Assembly: GCA_907165135.1 (NCBI GenBank)
Contig: OU015567.1
Coordinates: 1,116,001 to 1,180,000 of the forward strand
DNA: 64,000 bases
Direction: 5' to 3'
Source: Oikopleura dioica
Lineage: Eukaryota > Animalia > Chordata
Of this stretch, positions 1 through 11,539 are shown in pieces. Under the pieces are notes generated by a model. It did no database searches. It saw only the letters and a program-made list of their open reading frames with translations, and was not told where the DNA came from. The stretch's first letter is position 1; the number at the start of each line of letters is the position of its first letter. Both the position numbers and the translations under genes were made by a program.

Positions 1-43
1 TTCAAGAATATTCAAATTGGATTTTTTTAAAACAAATTTTTAG

Positions 44-174
44 AATTCCTCCGACTGTACATCATCGTCACCATTTGCACCGTCCTCGCTTTTGTTGGAA
101 TCTTGATCGGAATCATCGCTGTTGTCATCAGAAGACGAGCTCAGCAGCAGAAAGAACTTTTTGTTTCTAACTAA
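44..174 (+). CDS. 3' exon (TM helix, short tail, stop) of a type I membrane protein that starts left of the window
   Basis: ttttag acceptor at 43; frame (E)FLRLYIIVTICTVLAFVGILIGIIAVVIRRRAQQQKELFVSN* gives a 23-aa hydrophobic helix followed by RRR; GTGAGT donor at 176. Confidence 0.75.
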
Positions 175-3100
175 GGTGAGTTTCAAAAACGAGCGATTCC
201 GGAAAAACTTATGTAAAAAAATCATCGATCTCCCATCGGATTAAAACACATCGAACCGCGAGGCGATTCCAGCTCAGAATAATGCGCTGTAATGCGGCGT
301 ATAGTAAACCTCCGGAAAGTATTGACTAACATGCAATTTCAGAATCGTGCACTACGACCGATGCTTGCCCCAAGGACGAGCCACCAGCCCCAGAACACCA
401 ACGATATTACAGTAACAACTCTCCCAATCAGCGTCAAGGCATTTTTACATTAGAAAATAGGCTTTTTGTGATAATTTTTTTAAAAGTATCGTAAATTTCC
501 GAGTCGAAAAATCATTTTTTATTTTTTTGGCTTAATTTTGATGAAAAAATCGCTTTTCCGTAATAATTAATTGTAAAACTTATAAAATAATGTCCCAAAT
601 TTTGAAAAAAAAGAAGCCCGATTGTCGAAATAAGGCTATCCCTTTCCCCAAATTACTAACCAAAAAACATCAAAAAAAGACAAAAAAAATACCTGCCTGT
701 CTGAATCGGCACATTCCATTGGTTAAAAACAAGCTTAAAATACATATTTATTAAATTATTAAATGATTATTTGAAAATGGCCCTTTTTTGGGTCTTTGAA
801 ATCATAGAAGAAGAAAAACGAAAACAACCATCGCAGCTCCCGAAAAAACCCACCAATCCGATTGCAGTGCAGTGCTCGTGGCGACTGTAATTGAGGGGAA
901 ACCCTTAACTACTGGCGTCTCGAAAATACGAGTACAATTTTGTTGTAAATATGATCTAACGAATAAATATTTCTATCGCTTATAATTTATAAGTTATAAA
1001 CAAACCTGTTTTTCATTGTCGCAAAAAAATCTTGATTGAGCAAAAGAATTTTAATTCTGATTCTGATTTGTCTTTTCTTTCTTTTTTGATTGATCACGAA
1101 GTTATCTCAACCCACCGGTGCGTCGGTGACAAAAGAACAAAAAATTCTCAGCTTGCAGCTGCATAAATGCATACGTAGTTTTCTTTACCGGTATTGTTTC
1201 ACCAGGTTTACGCTCAGAGATATATTCAAATGCGGATTTTTCGGGCTTTTGACAAAATGAATCTTTAAAAATTTCTAGCTCCGCCCCTGTAATGAGCATA
1301 AAATGCCATCGCGATAAGCGCAGACTTATTGGAAGGTCACCTTTCTCCTGCATCAGTTTCTTGAAAGTGCTGAAACCCTGCCCTACTCTCTCTTTTGATG
1401 ACTCCTTTTTATGGTTCAACCCTCGGTGCTCAATTGCCTCTCCGCAAATTTACAAAAAAAGCGTCGTGAACAATCGCGGGCAAACATACAAATCAGAAGT
1501 AGTACGACGATAATACGATCGATATTGGTGGCGGTTTCCTGCCGAGCTCTTTAATCGATTACTGTTTTACGGCGCCGCGGGAGTGAGAAAATTTTTAGGC
1601 CTTTTAAAGATTTTTTTCTTAAAATTAAAAAAAATATTTTTTCCTTAATTATTTATTTTTTGTCTTAAAAAAGAGCTCTAGTAAAAAATCAAAAATTTTT
1701 ACGAACCAAAAATATTTTTCAGGACAATTTATTGAACACCAGAAAGTGGTTTATCGCAGGCTCATGATTTGTCCTGGGTTGGCTATAATTGCACTCTATA
1801 AAAGCCGCAGAAGAACAAGCCGCAACTTCAGATCACCAATGCGGTACGCCACAAGGACGCACTCGGGCCAGACCGTACACATACTTCCGCGAATATCCAA
1901 AATACCAGAAGTTTTCAAATGAATCCCAATTTTCAATGAATCTTCCAATTAGCCACAAATTTGCAACGCTTCCAGATGCTGTGGAAAATCCCTAGGCTTA
2001 TTGGTTTATTAAAAATTTACAAAGTTTTTGGGCACCAGCGCGTAGAAGAACGTCAAAATCTGTCTCAGTTATATTTCACAGCTGCTGCTCTATCGATTCC
2101 GGTTCGGCTAATTGGCCAAAGTTGAGTCGGGATCGATTTTAACAGTTTTAGCATTTGAAAATTTAGAAAACGCGCGGCGAGAGGGGGGCTTATTTAATTT
2201 TCTCGACAAGTTCTTTTGTTTCGTTTTGTTGAAAAAGTACTCTCGGGGAACAACAAGGGCCCTCGGGGGATCTTGTCGAGACGAAAATGAGGATGAAAAT
2301 GAGTACTTGAGAAGTCATTTGCTTTTCTCATGGGTTTTCCTCCTTGATTTCGATATTTTGGAAAGCAAAATAGAAAGCACCATAAATCGACATTTGAATT
2401 TTCTTTTTGGACTTTTTGTGAGCATATTTGACGAATGATCCTTTCTGTAGATGATTCTCTAATGTATGAAAAGTACAATTTTTCCCCCCGAAATTGATCA
2501 AAAAGCCCTCCCGACACGAGCACCTGTACTGTTCTGCCCGTCGTGTAGCTGAGCGAAAATCGATGAAGCCATTCTTCTTGGTATACAAAAATTTTAATAT
2601 TCCGTCAGAAGCGTGCGGGATGAAAGGCGGAACACTCGCATGGACACCCAACAAGGCCGTATGTCAGTATTTAACAATCGTCGGGAGGATGTATTGACTC
2701 CTACTAAGAATATGAATATCATTGAACGTTTTTAAAAAAAGGTCATACATAGGTCATATATATCGGTGACAGCCTGCTACGAGCATTTTATGATTTCTTT
2801 TAAAAGTCACTTTATTTTGTCCAATTAAACCCAAAAGGAATTATCAGAATTTATATTTATGATCTTCAGAAATTCTTAAAAAAATTGCTAAGAGCAGTAA
2901 CTGACTGCCAAACCTGTTTTAACTGACCTGCCAAAGCCTAAAATACGAAGAATGGTAAAGATTTTTATCAAAATTGTCTTTCCTTGGCCTTTGAAAATGG
3001 TGCAACTTCCATGAAATTCGCCTCCCTCAGATAATATGAAATCAATATCCCCACAGCGCAGCGGGAATTGATCCTACCGCCAGGAAGAGCTTCAATTTCG

Positions 3101-3307
3101 CGCACTCGGCGTTTGTCGAAACGCAGCGCCACCACGTGAGAGGCAGTAAAATTTTGAAAAGATCGCCGCGGGGATGAGCCCGGAAAATATATCACTTTCA
3201 TATCGAGAGCCGAAGGCGTCACAGCAAAGGTATAAAACCGAAAAAAGCGTCGCAGCTATTTTTATAACAACAATTTAAAATACGAAAAAGAAAAGAGAGA
3301 TAGAGGG

Positions 3308-6300
3308 ATGAAAATTTCGAAGAGTTTATTGCCTATTTTGGGCACACAAGGTAAGATAATGTTCAAAATAAAAAAAAAATTGGTCGAAAAATTCAAGCGG
3401 TTTTTTGTCAATTTCAAAGAAACTTTCCCTTTATATTACATTTCTAGCCGTCAAAGTCATCCCTTCCGACAAGCGATTGGTCAAGCAACTCCATGACAAC
3501 CTCTTCCTTTCCTGCTTCGGCACAGATCTTGAATGGGTCAACCCAAAAGGCCATGTCATCGCAACAAAGCAACGCTCGGACAGCATTTACGTCGAGACCC
3601 GCAGCGGTCAGCTTCGACTTTGGATCAAAAACTTGAAAATGGAAGATATCGGCGACTACACTTGCCGAAGCACGAGCGAAGAGGATGGCGATTTTGAAGT
3701 GAGAAATGTGATGGTTCGGCCAGAAGTCGACTTTCAAACTCAAGAGCAACAAACATTCATTGAAGGCACCAACGCCGAGATTGCATGTGACTTCTCCGCC
3801 AACGGCTTGGACACGATCGTCGAGTGGTACGCCCCTGGAAACCCAACACCACTCATTCCTCAAAACGGCAACAATCTTTTCGTCGACGACATCACCCGCG
3901 ACAATGGAGGCATTTACCGCTGCACTGTCATCACCACCGACACTGGCGATGTCGACGACGTCGACATTTTGGTCGAAGTTGAGTACCCTCCTGAGATTGA
4001 AGACTTCATCAATGTCCCCGAAGATAACGAAGTCTGGTTGACTGAAGGTCAAAATTTCTCCGTCCCCTGCGAGGCCTTTGCTGTTCCAGAGCCAGAAATG
4101 ACTTGGAGTCGAGAGACAGCGGAAGGGAATTATGATGTGATTGGGACGGAGAACAACTTGATGTTTACAGATATTCGGTTGGAGAACTCTGGGAAATACA
4201 TTTGCTCGGCGAAAAATGACCATGGAACTGTTTCAAAAAGGTATTTTTGCCAAATGGGTCGTCCATTAGCCAACACTCTAGGATTTAAAGATTTTTAATC
4301 GTATTTACGATGAATAAAAAATTAAAATACACTGAAATTCAAGGTATTTTATGGTTTTCATTATTTATTTCTAGTTTCAATCTTGTTGTCCTTCCTCCAC
4401 CTACGACCATCGTCAACGACCAACTCGTCGATGGAATCGACTTTCCCTACTTTGTCAATCTTGGTGATCCGATGAAATTCGTCTGCGAGAACATGTACCC
4501 TGCTGATTTCGTCTGGACCACCCCCGACGGATCTCAAGCAGCGATGGATCAACTCAATCGAATCGCCGAAACGACCGATTCCGGATTCTACACTTGCACT
4601 TCGACGATCAAAAGAGGGAGGACGAAAGAGATGATCGAGGTCTCATCGTCAGTGAATGTCCAGGTTCGATATCCGCCAATGATCGCGACGGAAGAATTGG
4701 AAATCTTCTCCTACCCTGGTCTAGAAACAAATATCCCTTGCTCTTTCGTCGCCAATCCTGTTGGTTTCACCGCCATCTCCGGCCCTCAAATTGAAGAAGA
4801 GCTTCTCTTGAACGAAGTAAATTATGTTTTCAAAGCTGAAGAGAAGGACTTTCCCTCGACTTACCAGTGCACTTCTCGAAACGATCTTGGCAACGAAGAA
4901 TACGAAGTGAGACTACTCAAGGCGGAGAAACCCAAAGAATTGAGACTTTTGAAGGTGGTTCAAAAGAGGCCGGACAGAGTCGTTATTTCTTACAGGTTAA
5001 TTGATAGACTAAAATTGATCTATTTTCGAAAGGATTTCTTATGACATTATCATCAAACAATCTTTAGCCGGGACTATTCAAGAGGCCAGATTGACCTCTC
5101 CGACGTCGTTGTTCACTTGACTTCCCCACACTGGCCAAATCTCATTCGAACCATTCCTGTCGACAACCAAAATCACGTGACCATCGACGACCTTGATCCA
5201 GAGCGAACATACACCCTCCGACTTCAAGGAATCAACGCCGTCGGTGAAAGCCCAGTCTCTAAAAAGCTCGAGTTCACAACTGAACCTCTAGGTATTTTAT
5301 TTTTTCTTTATATAAAAATCAATACGCCATATAAAAAACTATAAAAATCGCCTAACAACAAAATCGCCTTATCGCCGATTAACCGACTAACCGACTAACG
5401 ACTTCTACTTCAGATTCACGTAAGTCAAAGCCCAATTAATCGATCATATTTGAGGAGATAATTGCCATATTAAAAATGAACCGAACAATTAAGCTAATCC
5501 ACGGTTTTTTTCAGGAGCACCTGTCGTCCAAATCAATCGGGTATCCACGGAGAATGGACAGTATTACGTCGAATGGGAAATTACCAACAATGGTGGTGGA
5601 AAAATGCGAGAATTGAAGCTTGAATACGGAATCGTAAGCTTCTTTCTTGTTAGAATATGGTTGTTATAGTGAATTTTAACTCATTTTTTCCGATCACGCT
5701 GAAGCTTTAAATAATTATAAAGTTTAGTGGATATCTTTGAATTCTTTTTAAGGAAAAAATAAAAATCCAGAGACTAAATAAAACTAATATGGTTCTCTTT
5801 CAAAACCTTTTTTCTAGTACAAAGACGCCGAAATGATCAAAATCGCCGACATCTCCGACTTCCCCAAATCCAACTCTGGCAAAATCAAGATCGCCAACCT
5901 CGTCAAAAACGAAAACTACTGGGTCTTGCTCCAAGCCAAGAACGAAGAGCTTCCCTCGAAGACTGTCAGATGCGATGTCAAAGCTAAAGACTCTTCGCGT
6001 AAGTTGTTTTTCAAAATCAATAAAGTAATCAATCCCTCAGCGTGATATTCTTCCTTGATCGCTGATCGGGCTCAGAAAAAAAGGGAGAGAAGGAGGTTAA
6101 TTCCCTGCTGGGGGGAATCAATAAAACTTTCAAGTCCCGACCAGGACATTTTCTCTTTTCGCTCGGGGGGATAAGGCTTACAGACAATCCTTCACAAGAT
6201 TGTCTACTAGACATCAACTCATTTTTCTTTCAGAAAATCGCGTTCTCTTCCTTGCTATCGGCTCCTCCGTCTTCCTTCTTATCATCGGCCTCGCCATCGA

Positions 6301-6584
6301 TGTCACGTGCTACTTTACCAAGCAAAAAGGGCTTCTGAACCGAATCGTCTCTAGAAAAATTCCCGCTGGAGCTCAGCCGATCGGCGCGACTTCCTCCGAA
6401 GAAGCAAGTTCGACAGATGAATCCGAAGAGAAATGTTTAAAAAGGTAAAGAAAAAATAGCTCGAATCGATTGTTAATCAAAAATTCAAAGCAAGCTCGAC
6501 GAGGATTCCGAGGATCAGGGAATGGGATCTCTAACCGAAAGTGCAACGAGACTTGAAACTGTGAAAGAAGCAGAAGAATTATAA
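3308..6584 (+). CDS. NCAM: NCAM/fasciclin II-like adhesion molecule (signal peptide, 5 Ig, 2 FN3, TM, acidic tail), multi-exon
   Basis: Exons joined by GT-AG (3308-3350, 3448-4240, 4375-4995, 5068-5291, 5515-5633, ~5818-5998, ~6234-6444, ~6491-6584). Ig motifs (DIGDYTC, DNGGIYRC, ENSGKYIC), FN3 motif (YTLRLQGINAVGES) and NCAM-type juxtamembrane IDVTCYFTKQKGLL. AATAAA follows the stop. Confidence 0.9.
5414..5419 (+). other. Candidate 6-nt microexon (ATTCAC) in NCAM between FN3-1 and FN3-2
   Basis: cttctacttcAG-ATTCAC-GTAAGT; frame-preserving (phase 1/1); tandem ACTAAC at 5386-5391 and 5394-5399. Confidence 0.65.
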
Positions 6585-7040
6585 ATCACATGTAAAATCA
6601 CTGAAAACAAAAATAAATCTGTAAATTTATGTTCAAATAAAGCAAATTTCAAAAAACCAATCCGACCATTTTTATCTTTTGGCAAAAAAATCGGGGAAAA
6701 CGGGCAATTTATTGTTTATGGTAAAAGAGGATCTTTAAGAGGAATCCTCTTAGAGGATCTTAATGAAGGTCCTGCAGTTCAGATGCAAGGAGAAGAGGGC
6801 TTCGCTGATTTTTTTTAATAAAAAGAAAAAGTAACCAGTTTTGCCCCATAACTCCACTAGTTCACCATAATCGATCTATATAAAATCAGATATTGCAGCG
6901 CTGTGACGTAAGTGCGCGAAAATTCACATTGGCCGCATGCCAGTACGCGCCCATTAGCCCTGTTTTTCATTTTCGGGTCAAAGAAAACTCACAAGGTTAC
7001 TCACTTTTACGCACGAAAAGGTCGACTCAAAGAGAAAACA

Positions 7041-7790
7041 ATGCTGAGAAATATAGGAAGAATAATCGCGAGAACATCTGCAGTTCAGATCGAAGCAGAA
7101 AGAATACAGGTTCAAATACAGTAAATAACGAGCCCTTTGTTATTTTTTTAGTACATAAGAGAAGTTCTGTTCAATTCCGTCTCTACCTCAACTCGACAAA
7201 AATTCGAAGCGCACGATAAATTCGATGATGGCCAAGTTCCTATCAGAGGTAAAACTTTTTCGAATAATTTTTGAAGTCATTATTTGATAGATTTGTACAA
7301 AATCTTCTCCGAAGACACAAAAGGACTTGAAAACTTCGTGGAGAACCTTGTTGGTCAAGTGCAGGTCAACACACAAAACATGACCTTTCCAGATTTTCTC
7401 ATTTTGATGAGTCAGCGAAAAGGAGTCAGCTCCCCTCTTCACCCCGTCAGGGACTTATTCAAGGTCAGCAACATTGATCGATCACCTTCTTATTTCTTTC
7501 TAGAGCTATGATATTGAAGAAAACGGCGCGATCAATGCCGCAGAATTGAAGGAGTGGATGTGGTCACATGGAAAATTACTAACACAAAATCAAGCCCAAG
7601 CGCTTATCGACAAAATCGACCAAAAAGAGGATGGAGTTATCGATTATACAGAGTTCTTACTCGTCGTTGCAAGGTTCAACTAACCAAAAAGAAACTGAAT
7701 AACGCTTTTTTCAGAAAAATCCTGACATCTGAAATCATCCTAAACGTCGAAAAACAAGACCAAGAAGCCTCAAAAATCGACCAAAACTGA
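7041..7790 (+). CDS. Calmodulin-like EF-hand protein
   Basis: Spliced frame ...FEAHDKFDDGQVPIRDL...MTFPDFLILMS...RDLFKSYDIEENGAINAAELKEWM...LIDKIDQKEDGVIDYTEFLLVV; short GT-AG introns. Confidence 0.8.
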
Positions 7791-7878
7791 CCAAAAATTT
7801 ACCTGATGTCTCAGTTTCCCTGCACGAGATTGTTTAATAAATGCGATTTACGAATCTATCCTTATTTATTGAAAGTGT

Positions 7879-8834
7879 TTAGCAGGCCTGGTTTTGGTAG
7901 TACAGAGTGTTCCATTTCGATGGGTTTCGGCCGTTCAAGTAGTCGTCGATGTGGACGGGATCGTTGAACATTTGTCCCCAGTCGAGGACGGAATCGGCCT
8001 TGATCTTGTTAGTGAAGCACTAGAAATCGAGATATGGAGAGAAAAAATATGCAAAAGACTTACTCTAGCGTAGGAGTTGGTCTCCCAGTCCAAGCAGTCA
8101 CCGTTGCACCATCCAGAAGGGGTCTGGAGGTTGAAGTCGATGGCATGACCAACCAAGTGGTTCGAGTTGCTCGCTGGTGGGACGACAGTGCCTCCGATGT
8201 TCTGACCTTCCTTTCGGAAAGCATGCGTGACGTAGATGGTGACGTTGCAGTCCTTTGCGTATCGGTTCATCTTGTCCATTTCGCCCTTGAAGCCAGCGTC
8301 GACCTCGACTCGAAGGCCGTTGTAGCCCTTCAAGTGGGTGTTGGTGTAAGTGACCAAGTTGCAGTTTCCTCCACCGCCGCCGGAGCCAGAAGCGCCGCAG
8401 CACTGTCGTTCGCTGCTACCGCCGCACATGCCACCCTGGTACGAGCCGGAGCAGTAGTTGGTGTTGTGCTGGCACTTGCCGCCAGCGTTTTCGCACTTTG
8501 AGTCGCCCTTGGCGTCCTGGCTCTCTTGCCATTGGCAGGTGCTGTTGCAGTTCTTGCAGCACTTTCGGTTGTTGTCGCCGGAGCAGAGGCCGGACTCGTA
8601 ACCGGCGGTGCACTTTTTGAAGTTGAAATCAAGGAAGAGAAATTGATAACTATTTTTTGACTGTATATAATTTCAGATAGAAATATCAACCTTGTAGTAT
8701 CTCCAGTCAAGGCATTGACCGTTGATTCGATCACAACCTAAACTCTTTTACAAAAAAGATAGCCAATCCTTCTCACCTGAATCAGTCAGCTGGGCCGAAG
8801 CAAAAGATCCAAGGCAAAGTGCTGAAAGCTTCAT
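7879..8834 (-). CDS. Secreted Zn peptidase of the M15 (Hedgehog/DD-peptidase fold) family with two N-terminal six-Cys modules
   Basis: Four exons give MKLSALCLGSFASA signal, CDRINGQC...CC and CENAGGKC...CC modules, a Gly linker, then HAFR...SNHLVGHAID...WGQMFNDPVHID. Confidence 0.85.
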
Positions 8835-9053
8835 CTTTTTTTTTTCTTATTTTAAGAATGACCCCATCCGGTTCAGAATTTCGAGCAGCAACCTCACCAG
8901 ATGCTCTTTTTCTCAGCGCATATGAAGACTTCCACATGACGGAAAATCGAAATAGGCGTTTCAGATGCTGTATTCGCACAACAAAAGAAATGGCGAAAAA
9001 GAAGTTATGCAAGAAAAAGGCCTGTAGTCTCTAGAATCGGGGAACAAAATGCA

Positions 9054-9135
9054 CGCGAGCTACAGGATTCGAACCTGTGCGGGCAGAGCCCATCTGATTT
9101 CGAGTCAGACTCCTTAACCACTCGGACAAACTCGC
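9054..9135 (-). tRNA. tRNA-Ser, anticodon CGA
   Basis: 82 nt GCGAGTTTGTCCGAGTGGTTAAGGAGTCTGACTCGAAATCAGATGGGCTCTGCCCGCACAGGTTCGAATCCTGTAGCTCGCG; paired acceptor stem, long variable arm, GTTCGAATCC T-loop. Confidence 0.95.
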
Positions 9136-9353
9136 CTGAGGAAGTGACAAAATTCATGCTACAGATTCGCAGCACCCATTTAACGGACAAAATCGTCATT
9201 TTGGATTGAGAAAAACCTGAAAAGGAAGCATTGCGAACAGTCTCGAAAATATGTCAAGAAGCGACAGATTATGAAAATCCACTGAAATATCAAAGTCGTT
9301 AAAAATCAACACTTGCTCTTGTTGATCGGTGCCATATCCGAACTTCTGAAAAA

Positions 9354-10989
9354 ATGAGAGCACTGTTTTTCAAAATTTGTCTTTTCGGAAAGTCCATCTT
9401 CGGAGACGACTCATACAAATATGACCGTAAGTAAACGGAAGATAAAAAGCCTCATAGTAACGAATTTCCTTAGATCCTTGTTTTCATCCACTTCAACTAA
9501 CTTATCCCTGTCAAGTCTCTCCGAACTATGAATATTGCTTACCAGAGGGTCAGATGCTCTATCAGTGCTGCCACTGGCAGAGTAACATACTCAACTGCCG
9601 AGAGGGTACAAGTAAGTTCAAAAAACCAGCTTCGAAAAAAGAGCATTCAAAATCATTTTCAAATAGAGCATCCCTGCATTGACAACAAACACACCTGCGG
9701 GGACAAGTTCTGCCACCGGAAGGTCAAGCCAAACGAATTCTCTCAAGCCTACGAGTGCATCGACGAGGATGAAGAATGCTTAGGAATCGTCATGTGTGAA
9801 GAGTATTTCTTTGGACACTGCGCTTGGGGATATAACATCAATAACGCAACTCAAGCTATTTCAGTTACTTCCCTCGACGATTGCTACAATCATTGCAAGA
9901 ACATAGAGGAAACGGTCAAGAGTCTCTCGATAAGTTTTCTCGGCCAAAACTGAGCTCGGCAACCTGAGTAGAAAAACTGAGTCAGGGTTTTAAAAAGGTA
10001 AAATGTAAAGCCGCGTAGCGGCTTTTTTTTAAACGAAGCCGCGAAGCGGCTTTGTAAGTTAAAATAATTCATTGAGTTGGTAACTGGCGAAGCCGCTTTG
10101 CGGCTTCGTTTTAAAAAAAGCCGCTACGCGGCTTTTCATTTTATTCTTTTAGAACCCTGAATCAGGCTTTCTACTCAGGTTTCCGAGCCTAGGGCCAAAG
10201 AGTACATCTTGATCGCTTAAAAAAGGGTTGTACTGGGTTCGATTTGGACGAAAAGGGGATCTGCATTCCGACAATGAACGAATGTACAAAAGAAGATGTT
10301 GTCGACTTTGCCGGGCTTCAAAATTATACCCACAGTAGCTGGGCAAATCCATACCACAAACTAAAGAGAGTTCAGTCCATTCATTATCCCATGAAAGGCT
10401 GCAAAACACCAAGTAAGAATCGCTAAAAATCAAATTTTTCGTTAAAAATGATTTTCAGAAAGAAGCCCCGACTGCGATAAAAAGCTAGCAGATACTGTTC
10501 GCGAGCATTTTGTCGACATCAACGACATTCTTTCCCGTTTTGAAGACAAGTTTGACGAAGTGACTTCAAACCAGGAGAACATGATTCTCGACCTCGCTCT
10601 CACGGGAGACACGGCAAAAACACTCTTTCCCGTCATCATTGGACTTGTTGTCGTCCTCCTCGTCGTGAGAATAATTATGCTAGTCTGGCAAATTATCCAA
10701 TGGAAGACCGGCTCAAACACGGCCACTCTAGATACAGGCAATGAAATGCGAGTCAGATCATCTCCAAGAAGAACGAATCCGGATGTGGAAATGAACTCTT
10801 CACCGACAAACCCTGGGATCGATACTCTAGCCACGGAAAATCGTAAGTTTTCTCTGGCAAATCTCGCAGTGCAGAATAATTTTAGAGCAAAACGGGCAAA
10901 CTGTGGCAGAAAACATTTATGAAACTCCAAAAGCGAAAGAAGCTGGAAAAGAAAAAGAAGCAGCTGAAGCTGAAAAACTTGAGAAATAA
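9354..10989 (+). CDS. Cys-rich type I membrane protein with a PAN/apple-like module
   Basis: Signal-like MRALFFKICLFGKSIFG; Cys-rich exons; VTSLDDCYNHCKNIE-GCTGFDL PAN-like motif; TM LFPVIIGLVVVLLVVRIIMLVW; tail with NIYETP; stop at 10987-10989. Confidence 0.7.
9950..10192. mobile_element. Intronic MITE-like element (GCTCGGCAACCTG...CTGAGTCAGGG TIR family) with internal hairpins
   Basis: ~36-bp imperfect TIRs; interior with four AAGCCGC-N-GCGGCTT hairpins arranged as an inverted pair. Confidence 0.75.
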
Positions 10990-11045
10990 CTTTGATTTTC
11001 ATTCTATCACATTTTCCTATTAGTTTCTCGTGATTTTTAGGGACG

Positions 11046-11450
11046 CACTGACTATGTCGCCGAATGTCCCCGAATGTCGCCATTTTGTTGAAAATAGCCT
11101 CAAAATAAAAAAAACGTCCCGGTATCAAAATAAATTCGTTCTACTAGTAGAAAATGACGGAGGCGCAAAAATTGACAGACTCACTCTTTGAGTTTCCTTC
11201 TATCCAGGCGCGAAGCGCACAAAGATTTCTTGACGAGATGTTTAGTTTAGGTTTCTTATGACTAGTTTTATGCTAATTTCTGTTAAAATTACATTTTTAA
11301 CGATCATAATAGTATTTTCTATAAGAAAACGATTTTATGACAAGGAATCGAAGTTTTCTAGAACATGGTGTTTTTGTTTTTTTTGGCGAAATTCGGCGAC
11401 ATTCGGCGACATTCGGCGACATTCAGCGACATTCGGCGACAAAGTCAGTG
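11046..11450. mobile_element. MITE-like element with CACTGACT termini and subterminal 10-bp repeats
   Basis: Left CACTGACTATGTCGCCGAATGTC, right GACATTCGGCGACAAAGTCAGTG; (ATTCGGCGAC)x~5 at 11391-11440; no TSD found. Confidence 0.65.
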
Positions 11451-11539
11451 TCAGCCGATTTTTAATCAACCGTTTTTGCTTTTCGGAATAAACTATTTTA
11501 TTTCATCTTTTTCTGTTTTATCAGGCAGGAAGAGAGAAC

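Noticed and set aside
40-225. Acidic minus-strand ORF (SSSSDDNSDD...)
   Set aside because: Reverse complement of the hydrophobic TM exon, which has proper splice sites on the plus strand.
1503-1590. IDIGGGF, an ornithine-decarboxylase-like motif on the plus strand
   Set aside because: Tiny frame bounded by stops, with no other fold-type III PLP enzyme motifs nearby.
3444-4223. 259-aa minus-strand ORF (likewise 8034-8501, 13733-14419, 32742-33041, 52022-52411)
   Set aside because: These overlap clear genes on the opposite strand and are shadow ORFs.
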